Shown one piece after another: positions 1 through 10,200 of a stretch of 64,000 nucleotides of DNA. The notes under the pieces are model-generated. The model saw nothing but the letters and a program-made list of their open reading frames with translations, was not told the DNA's origin and did no database searches. Position 1 is the first letter of the stretch; every line of letters starts with the position of its first letter. Origin of the DNA: Eledone cirrhosa (lineage: Eukaryota); assembly GCA_964016885.1 (NCBI GenBank), contig OZ024742.1, positions 373,798,001-373,862,000 on the forward strand, in the 5' to 3' direction. Made by a program: the position numbers and the translations under genes.

Positions 1-27
1 GCACCTCCATGACCACTTTGCAGTGGA

Positions 28-53
28 ATGATAGGGACCCCAGTCCCTATCAT
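28..53. repeat. Perfect short hairpin (11-bp stem, 4-nt loop)
   Basis: ATGATAGGGAC (28-38) / CCCA / GTCCCTATCAT (43-53); the arms are exact reverse complements. Confidence 0.9.
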
Positions 54-56
54 CTC

Positions 57-120
57 ATTTCTACAGCTGAGTAAACTGGAGCAATGTGAAATAAAATGTC
101 TTGCTCAAGGAAACAACACA
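57..120. mobile_element. Probable SINE fragment
   Basis: CTGGAGCAATGTGAAATAAAATGTCTTGCTCAAGGAAACAACAC resembles a motif I recall from abundant octopus/mollusc SINE-type repeats (…CTTGCTCAAGGACAC…). This is recognition from memory; no library search was run. Confidence 0.5.
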
Positions 121-165
121 TCACCCTTTATTTCACATTGCTCCAGTTTACTCAGCTGTAGAAAT
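57..165. repeat. Perfect 39-bp inverted repeat with 31-bp spacer
   Basis: ATTTCTACAGCTGAGTAAACTGGAGCAATGTGAAATAAA (57-95) is the exact reverse complement of 127-165. Confidence 0.95.
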
Positions 166-298
166 ATATATTCTCAGTGCATCAAAAGCTGAAAATCTGG
201 ATTTGTCCACTGTTTACATATGGATGCCTGTCTCTCTTCCTACCTGCTGACACCTGGAAGCTGTTGTCTAATTAAAATGACAGGAAGGGATTCGTCAT

Positions 299-370
299 GG
301 CTCCTTAGCTTAATGGTTAAAGTGTCTACCTGGTAGCTGGAGGATATAGGGTCCAATTCCTTATAACAGC
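299..370 (+). pseudogene. Degenerate tRNA-Thr-like sequence (tRNA pseudogene or tRNA-derived SINE head)
   Basis: GGCTCCTTAGCTTAATGGTTAAAG resembles the 5' half of eukaryotic tRNA-Thr. Intact A box TAGCTTAATGG (306-316); anticodon arm TCTAC-CTGGTAG-CTGGA with one mismatch; T arm TAGGG-TCCAATT-CCTTA with a degenerate B box (351-360). The acceptor stem does not pair. Confidence 0.65.
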
Positions 371-486
371 AGATGGCAACTTCTTTTTCCATCTTTTAAG
401 GGACTTCACCCTATTTTTTAAGCTATCTTTATAGCATTTCTTCTGAACTTGAGGACTTTCTTTATATTTATATATATCATTCATAA

Positions 487-602
487 TTTGGCATTAATAA
501 TATACTGGTTAGATGCCCTTCCTATCACTAGCACTAGAGAGGTTGCCTTACTGGACTCAGTGGCCCTCCCAACTCCATATTTTGGCATGGTTTTAATGGC
601 TG
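487..602 (-). mobile_element. Two decayed fragments of an RTE-related SINE/LINE motif
   Basis: TTTGGCAT…TGGTTAGATGCCCTTCCTA (487-524) and TTTGGCATGGTTTTAATGGCTG (581-602) resemble the recalled motif TTTGGCATGGTTTTTACGGCTGGATGCCCTTCCTAA. The second fragment ends at the AT run. From memory only. Confidence 0.4.
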
Positions 603-603
603 A

Positions 604-629
604 ATATATATATATATATATATATATAT
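604..629. repeat. (AT)13 microsatellite
   Basis: Read directly. Confidence 0.97.
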
Positions 630-705
630 TCTCAGCGCTTCAAAACTCAAAGATTCAGCTTCATATGTTACATGTGGACAGTAGAAACTTTGCCAGAATG
701 GAATG

Positions 706-2224
706 TATGAGTGATACAGTGATCTTAGCTGTCTGTCCCCAGAACAGGACAGTCCTATGAGTGATACAGTGATCTTAGCTGTCTGTCCCCAGAACAGGAC
801 AGTCCTATGAGTGATACAGTGATCTTAGCTGTCTGTCCCCAGAACATGACAGTCCTATGAGTGAGACACAGTCATCTTAGCTGTCTGTCCCCAGTACATG
901 ACAGTCCTGTGAGTGAGACACAGTCATCTTAGCTGTCTATCTATCCCCAGAACATGACAGTCCTGTGAGTGAGACACAGTCATCTTAGCTGTCTGTCCCC
1001 AGAACATGACAGTCCTATGAGTGAGACACAGTCATCTTAGCTGTCTGTCTGTCCCCAGAACATGACAGTCCTATGAGTGAGACACAGTCATCTTAGCTGT
1101 CTGTCCCCAGTACATGACAGTCCTGTGAGTGAGACACAGTCATCTTAGCTGTCTGTCTGTCCCCAGTACATGACAGTCCTATGAGTGAGACACAGTCATC
1201 TTAGCTGTCTGTCTGTCCCCAGTACATGACAGTCCTATGAGTGAGACACAGTCATCTTAGCTGTCTGTCTGTCCCCAGAACATGACAGTCCTATGAGTGA
1301 GACACAGTCATCTTAGCTGTCTATCCCCAGAACATGACAGTCCTATGAGTGAGACACAGTCATCTTAGCTGTCTGTCTGTCCCCAGTACATGACAGTCCT
1401 ATGAGTGAGACACAGTCATCTTAGCTGTCTGTCCCCAGTACATGACAGTCCTGTGAGTGAGACACAGTCATCTTAGCTGTCTGTCTGTCCCCAGAACATG
1501 ACAGTCCTATGAGTGAGACACAGTCATCTTAGCTCTCTGTCCCCAGAACAGGACAGTCCTATGAGTGAGACACAGTCATCTTAGCTGTCTGTCTGTCCCC
1601 AGAACATGACAGTCCTATGAGTGAGACACAGTCATCTTAGCTGTCTGTCCCCAGAACATGACAGTCCTATGAGTGAGACACAGTCATCTTAGCTGTCTGT
1701 CTGTCCCCAGAACATGACAGTCCTATGAGTGAGACACAGTCATCTTAGCTGTCTATCTATCCCCAGTACATGACAGTCCTATGAGTGAGACACAGTCATC
1801 TTAGTTGTCTGTCCCCAGAACATGACAGTCCTATCAGTGAGACACAGTCATCTTAGCTGTCTGTCTATCCCCAGTACATGACAGTCCTATGAGTGAGACA
1901 CAGTCATCTTAGCTGTGTCTCCCCCGAACATGACAGTCCTATGAGTGAGACACAGTCATCTTAGCTGTCTGTCCCCAGAACATGACAGTCCTATGAGTGA
2001 GACACAGTCATCTTAGCTGTCTGTCCCCAGAACATGACAGTCCTATGAGTGAGACACAGTCATCTTAGCTGTCTGTCCCCAGAACATGACAGTACTATGA
2101 GTGAGACACAGTCATCTTAGCTGTCTATCTATCCCCAGAACATGACAGTCCTATCAGTGAGACACAGTCATCTTAGCTGTCTATCTATCCCCAGAACATG
2201 ACAGTCCTATGAGTGAGACACAGT
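706..2224. repeat. Minisatellite, 50/52/56-bp units, 28 full copies plus a 17-bp partial
   Basis: Consensus TATGAGTGAGACACAGTCATCTTAGCTGTCT(GTCT)GTCCCCAGAACATGACAGTCC. Units start at 706, 756, 806, 856, 908, 964 … 2152, 2208. The 52/56 difference is an internal GTCT/ATCT tetramer. Confidence 0.97.
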
Positions 2225-5004
2225 GAAATCTCATGTCTACACTATAGCCAAGAAATCACATGTCTCCACTATAGCCAAGAAATCACATATCTCCACTATA
2301 GCCAAGAAATCACATGTCCCCACTATAGCCAAGAAATCACATGTCTCCACTATAGCCAAGAAATCACATGTCCCCACTATAGCCAAGAAATCACATGTCT
2401 CCACTATAGCCAAGAAATCACATGTCCCCACTATAGCCAAGAAATCACATGTCTCCACTATAGCCAAGAAATCACATGTCCCCACTATAGCCAAGAAATC
2501 ACATGTCCCCACTATAGCCAAGAAATCACATGTCCCCACTATAGCCAAGAAATCACATATCTCCACTATAGCCAAGAAATCACATGTCCCAACTATAGCC
2601 AAGAAATCACATGTCCCAACTATAGCCAAGAAATCACATGTCCCCACTATAGCCAAGAAATCACATGTCCCCACTATAGCCAAGAAATCACATATCTCCA
2701 CTGTAGCCAAGAAATCACATATCTCCACTATAGCCAAGAAATCACATGTCCCTACTATAGCGAAGAAATCACATGTCTCCACTATAGCCAAGAAATCACA
2801 TATCTCCACTATAGCCAAGAAATCACACGACCCCACTATAGCCAAGAAATCACATGTCCCCACTATAGCCAAGAAATCACATGTCTCCACTATAGCCAAG
2901 AAATCACATGTCCCCACTATAGCCAAGAAATCACATATCTCCACTATAGCCAAGAAATCACATGTCCCCACTATAGCCAAGAAATCACATGTCTCCACTA
3001 TAGCCAAGAAATCACATGTCCCCGCTATAGCCAAGAAATCACATGTCTCCACTATAGCCAAGAAATCACATGTCCCCACTATAGCCAAGAATTCACATAT
3101 CTCCACTATAGCCAACAAATCACATGTCCCCACAATAGCCAAGAAATCACATGTCTCCACTATAGCCAAGAAATCACATGTCCCCATTATAGCCAAGAAA
3201 TCACATATCTCCACTATAGCCAAGAAATCATATGTCCCCACTATAGCCAAGAAATTACATATCTCCACTATAGCCAAGAAATCACATGTCCCCTCTATAG
3301 CCAAGAAATCACATGTCTCCACTATAGCCAAGAAATCACATATACCCACTATAGCCAAGAAATCACATGTCCCCACTATAGCCAAGAAATCACATGTCTG
3401 CACTATAGCCAGGAAATCACATATCTCCACTATAGCCAAGAAATCACATGTCTCCACTATAGCCAAGAAATCACATGTCTCCACTATAGCCAAGAAATCA
3501 CATATCTCCACTATAGCCAAGAAATCACATGTCCCCACTATAGCCAAGAAATCACATGTCCCCACTATAGCCAAGAAATCACATATCTCTACTATAGCCA
3601 AGAAATCACATGTCCCCACTATAGCCAAGAAATCACATATCTCCACTATAGCCAAGAAATCACATGTCCCCACTATAGCCAAGAAATCACATGTCCCCAC
3701 TATAGCCAAGAAATCACATATCTCCACTATAGCCAAGAAATCACATGTCCCCACTATAGCCAAGAAATCACATATCTCCACTATAGCCAAGAAATCACAT
3801 GTTCCCACTATAGCCAATAAATCACATGACTCCACTATAGCCAAGAAATCACATGTCTCCACTATAGCCAAGAAATCACATGTCCCCACTATAGCCAAGA
3901 AATCACATGTTCACACTATAGCCAAGAAATCACATGTCTCCACTATAGCCAAGAAATCACATATCTCCACTATAGCCAAGAAATCACATGTCCCCACTAT
4001 AGCCAAGAAATCACATAGCCCCTGTATAGCCAAGAAATCACATATCTCCACTGTAGCCAAGAAATCACATGTCCCCACTATAGCCAAGAAATCACATATC
4101 TCCACTATAGCCAAGAAATCACATGTCCCCACTATAGCCAAGAAATCACATGTCTCCACTATAGTCAAGAAATCACATATCTCCACTATAACCAAGAAAT
4201 CACATGTCCCCACATATAGCCAAGAAATCACATGTCCCCACTATAGCCAAGAAATCACGGGTCTCCACTATAGCCAAGAAATCACATGTCCCCACTATAG
4301 CCAAGAAATCACATATCTCCACTATAGCCAAGAAATCACATGTCCCCACTATAGCCAAGAAATCACATGTCTCAACTATAGCCAAGAAATCACATGTCCC
4401 CACTATAGACAAGAAATCACATATCTCCACTATAGCCAAGAAATGGCATGTCCCCACTATAGCCAAGAAATCACATGTCCCCACTATAGCCAAGAAATCA
4501 CGACTCCACTATAGCCTAGAAATCACATGTCTCCACTATAGCTAAGAAATCGCATGTCCCCACTATAGCCAAGAAATCTCATGTCTCCACTATAGCCAAG
4601 AAATCACATGTCCCCACTATAGCCAAGAAATCACATATCTCCACTATAGCCAAGAAATCACATGTCCCCACTATAGCCAAGAAATCACATGTCCCCACTA
4701 TAGCTAAGAAATCACATGTCTCCACTATAGCCAAGAAATCACATGTCCCCACTATATCCAAGAAATCACATATCTCCACTATAGCCAATAAATCACATGT
4801 CCCCACTATATCCAAGAAATCACATATCTCCACTATAGCCAAGAAATCACATGTCCCCACTATAGCCAAGAAATCACATGCCTCCACTATAGCCAAGAAA
4901 TCACAAATCTCCACTATAGCCAATAAATCACATGTCTCCACTATAGCCAAGAAATCACATGTCCCCACTATAGCCAAGAAATCACATGTCTCCACTATAG
5001 CCAA

Positions 5005-6000
5005 GAAATCACATATCTCCACTATAGCCAAGAAATCACATGTCCCCACTATAGCCAAGAAATCACATGTCTCCACTATAGCCAAGAAATCACATGTCCC
5101 CACTATAGCCAGGAAATCACATATCTCCACTATTTCCAAGAAATCACATGTCCCCACTATAGCCAAGAAATCACATGTCTCCACTATAGCCAAGAAATCA
5201 CATATCTCCACTATAGCCAAGAAATCACATGTCCCCACTATAGCCAAGAAATCACATGTCTCCACTATAGCCAAGAAATCACATGTCCCCACTATAGCCA
5301 GGAAATCACATATCTCCACTATTTCCAAGAAATCACATGTCCCCACTATAGCCAAGAAATCACATGTCTCCACTATAGCCAAGAAATCACATATCTCCAC
5401 TATAGCCAAGAAATCACATGTCCCCACTATAGCCAAGAAATCACATGTCTCCACTATAGCCAAGAAATCACATGTCCCCACTATAGCCAGGAAATCACAT
5501 ATATCCACTATTTCCAAGAAATCACATGTCCCCACTATAGCCAAGAAATCACATGTCTCCACTATAGCCAAGAAATCACATGTCCCCACTATAGCCAAGA
5601 AATCACATGTCCCCACTATAGCCAAGAAATCACATGTCTCCACTATAGCCAAGAAATCACATATCTCCACTATAGCCAAGAAATCACATGTCCCCACTAT
5701 AGCCAAGAAATCACATGTCTCCACTATAGCCAAGAAATCACATGTCCCCACTATAGTCAGGAAATCACATATCTCCACTATTTCCAAGAAATCACATGTC
5801 CCCACTATAGCCAAGAAATCACATGTCTCCACTATAGCCAAGAAATCACATATCTCCACTATAGCCAAGAAATCACATGTCCCCACTATAGCCAAGAAAT
5901 CACATGTCTCCACTATAGCCAAGAAATCACATGTCCCCACTATAGCCAGGAAATCACATATCTCCACTATTTCCAAGAAATCACATGTCCCCACTATAGC
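5005..6000. repeat. Local 7-unit (189-bp) higher-order repeat
   Basis: The marker pair CAGGAAATC…CTATTTCCAAG recurs at 5111, 5300, 5489, 5759 and 5948 (spacings 189, 189, 270, 189). Ends approximate. Confidence 0.9.
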
Positions 6001-7299
6001 CAAGAAATCACATGTCCCCACTATAGCTAAGAAATCTCATGTCTCCACTATAGCCAAGAAATTACATATCCCCGCTATAGCCAAGAAATCACATGTCTCT
6101 ACTATAGCCAAGAAATCACATATCCCCACTATAGCCAAGAAATCACATGTCTCCACTATAGCCAAGAAATCACAGGTCCCCACTATAGCCAAGAAATCAC
6201 ATGTCTCCACTATAGTCAAGAAATCACATATCTCCACTATAGCCAAGAAATCACATGTCCCCATTATAGCCAAGAAATCACATGTCTCCACTATAGCCAA
6301 GAAATCACATATCTCCACTATAGCCAATAAATCACATGTCTCCACTATAGCCAAGAAATCACATGTCCCCACTATAGCCAAGAAATCTCATGTCTCCACT
6401 ATAGCCAAGAAATCACATGTCCCCACTATAGCCAAGAAATCACATGTCCCCACTATAGCCAAGAAATCACATATCTCCACTATAGCCAAAAAATCACATA
6501 TCTCCACTATAGCCAAGAAATCACATGTCCCAACTATAGCCAAGAAATCACATGTCCCCACTATAGACAAGAAATCACATGTCTCCACTATAGCCAACGA
6601 ATCACATATCTCCACTATAGCCAAGAAATCACATGTCCCCACTATAGCCAAGAAATCACATATCTCCACCATATCCAAGAAATCACATGTCCCCACTATA
6701 GCCAAGAAATCACATGTCTCCACTATAGCCAAGAAATTACATATCCCCGCTATAGCCAAGAAATCACATGTCTCCACTATAGCCAAGAAATCACATGTCC
6801 CCACTATAGCCAAGAAATCACATATCTCCACGATAGCTAAGAAATCACATGTCCCCACTATAGCCAAGAATTCACATATCTCCACTATAGCCAACAAATC
6901 ACATGTCCCCACAATAGCCAAGAAATCACATGTCTCCACTATAGCCAAAAAATCACATGTCCCCATTATAGCCAAGAAATCACATATCTCCACTATAGAC
7001 AAGAAATCATATGTCCACACTATAGCCAAGAAATCACATATCTCCACTATAGCCAAGAAATCACATGTCCCCTCTATAGCCAAGAAATCACATACCTCCA
7101 CTATAGCCAAGAGATCACATATCCCCACTATAGCCAAGAAATCTCATGTCTCCACTATAGCCAAGAAATCACAGGTCCCCACTATAGCCAAGAAATCACA
7201 TGTATCCACTATAGCCAAGAAATCACATATCTCCACTATAGCCAAGAAATCACATGTCCCCACTATAGCCAAGAAATCACATGTCCCCACTATAGCCAA

Positions 7300-10200
7300 G
7301 AAATCACATATCTCCACTATAGCCAAGAAATCACATGTCTCCACTATAGCCAAGAAATCACATATCTCCACTATAGCCAAGAAATCACATGTCCACACTA
7401 TAGCCAAGAAATCACATGTATCCACTATAGCCAAGAAATCACATATCTCCACTATAGCCAAGAAATCACATGTCCCCACTATAGCCAAGAAATCACATGT
7501 CCCCACTATAGCCAAGAAATCACATATCTCCACTATAGCCAAGAAATCACATGTCCCCACTATAGCCAAGAAATCACATATCTCCACTATAGCCAAGAAA
7601 TCACATGTCCCCACTATAGCCAAGAAATCACATATCTCCACTATAGCCAAGAAATCACATGTTCCCACTATAGCCAATAAATCACATGACTCCACTATAG
7701 CCAAGAAATCACATGTCTCCACTATAGCCAAGAAATCACATGTCCCCACTATAGCCAAGAAATCACATGTTCACACTATAGCCAAGAAATCACATGTCCC
7801 CACTATAGCCAAGAAATCACATGTTCACACTATAGCCAAGAAATCACATGTCCCCACTATAGCCAAGAAATCACATAGCCCCTGTATAGCCAAGAAATCA
7901 CATATCTCCACTGTAGCCAAGAAATCACATGTCCCCACTATAGCCAAGAAATCACATATCTCCAATATAGCCAAGAAATCACATTTCCCACTATAGCCAA
8001 GAAATCACGGGTCTCCACTATAGCCAAGAAATCACATGTCCCCACTATAGTCAAGAAATCACATATCTCCACTATAGCCAAGAAATCACATGTCCCCACT
8101 ATAGCCAAGAAATCACATGTCTCAACTATAGCCAAGAAATCACATGTCCCCACTACAGCCAAGAAATCACATATCTCCACTATAGCCAAGAAATGGCATG
8201 TCCCCACTATAGCCAAGAAATCACATGTCCCCACTTTAGCCAAGAAATCACGTCTCCACTATAGCCTAGAAATCACATGTCTCCACTATAGCTAAGTAAT
8301 CGCATGTCCCCACTATAGCCAAGAAATCTCATGTCTCCACTATAGCCAAGAAATCACATGTCCCCACTATAGCCAAGAAATCACATATCTCCACTATAGC
8401 CAAGAAATCACATGTCCCCACTATAGCCAAGAAATCACATGTCCCCACTATAGCTAAGAAATCACATGTCTCCACTATAGCCAAGAAATCACATGTCCCC
8501 ACTATATCCAAGAAATCACATATCTCCACTATAGCCAAGAAATCACATGTCCCCACTATATCCAAGAAATCACATATCTCCACTATAGCCAAGAAATCAC
8601 ATGTCCCCACTATAGCCAAGAAATCACATGTCTCCACTATAGCCAAGAAATCACAAATCTCCACTATAGCCAATAAATCACATGTCTCCACTATAGCCAA
8701 GAAATCACATGTCCCCACTATAGCCAAGAAATCACATGTCTCCACTATAGCCAAGAAATCACATATCTCCACTATAGCCAAGAAATCACATGTCCCCACT
8801 ATAGCCAAGAAATCACATGTCTCCACTATAGCCAAGAAATCACATGTCCCCACTATAGCCAAGAAATCACATATCTCCACTATTTCCAAGAAATCACATG
8901 TCCCCACTATAGCCAAGAAATCACATGTCTCCACTATAGCCAAGAAATTACATATCCCCGCTATAGCCAAGAAATAACATGTCTCCACTATAGCCAAGAA
9001 ATCACATATCCCCACTATAGCCAAGAAATCACATGTCTCCACTATAGCCAAGAAATCACAGGTTCCCACTATAGCCAAGAAATCACATGTCTCCACTATA
9101 GTCAAGAAATCACATATCTCCACTATAGCCAAGAAATCACATGTCCACACTATATCCAAGAAATCACATATCTCCACTAGAGCCAAGAAATCACATGTCC
9201 CCACTATAGCCAAGAAATCACATGTCTCCACTATAGCCAAGAAATCACATATCTCCACTATAGCCAATAAATCACATGTCTCCACTATAGCCAAGAAATC
9301 ACATGTCCCCACTATAGCCAAGAAATCTCATGTCTCCACTATAGCCAAGAAATCACATGTCCCCACTATAGCCAAGAAATCACATGTCCCCACTATAGCC
9401 AAGAAATCACATATCTCCACTATAGCCAAGAAATCACATATCTCCACTATAGCCAAGAAATCACATGTCCCAACTATAGCCAAGAAATCACATGTCCCCA
9501 CTATAGACAAGAAATCACATGTCTCCACTATACCCAAGAAATCACATATCTCCACTATAGCCAAGAAATCACATGTCCCCACTATAGCCAAGAAATCACA
9601 TATCTCCACCATATCCAAGAAATCACATGTCCCCACTATAGCCAAGAAATCACATGTCTCCACTATAGCCAAGAAATTACATATCCCCGCTATAGCCAAG
9701 AAATCACATGTCTCCACTATAGCCAAGAAATCACATGTCCCCACTATAGCCAAGAAATCACATATCTCCACGATAGCTAAGAAATCACATGTCCCCACTA
9801 TAGCCAAGAATTCACATATCTCCACTATAGCCAACAAATCACATGTCCCCACAATAGCCAAGAAATCACATGTCTCCACTATAGCCAAGAAATCATATGT
9901 CCACACTATAGCCAAGAAATCACATATCTCCACTATAGCCAAGAAATCACATGTCCCCTCTATAGCCAAGAAATCACATACCTCCACTATAGCCAAGAGA
10001 TCACATATCCCCACTATAGCCAAGAAATCTCATGTCTCCACTATAGCCAAGAAATCACAGGTCCCCACTATAGCCAAGAAATCACATGTCCCCACTATAG
10101 CCAAGAAATCACATGTCCACACTATAGCCAAGAAATCACATGTATCCACTATAGCCAAGAAATCACATATCTCCACTATAGACAAGAAATCACATGTCCC

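Noticed and set aside
449-760. 103-aa ORF
   Set aside because: Starts at TTG and runs through repeat fragments, (AT)13 (YIYIYI) and the minisatellite; no recognisable domain.
2238-2248. CACTATAG matching the 3' end of T7/SP6 promoters
   Set aside because: Only 8-9 bp match and the upstream specificity region is absent; coincidental.
2252-2290. p53 response-element array (CATG and CAAG cores)
   Set aside because: Half-sites TCACATGTCC and AGCCAAGAAA miss RRRCWWGYYY at 2 and 4 positions; too weak to call.
7985-8300. Frame-restoring -1/-2 indel pair as evidence of coding selection
   Set aside because: An in-frame TAA follows at about 8297, and the homologous module at 4.2-4.5 kb has +1/-2, which does not restore the frame.
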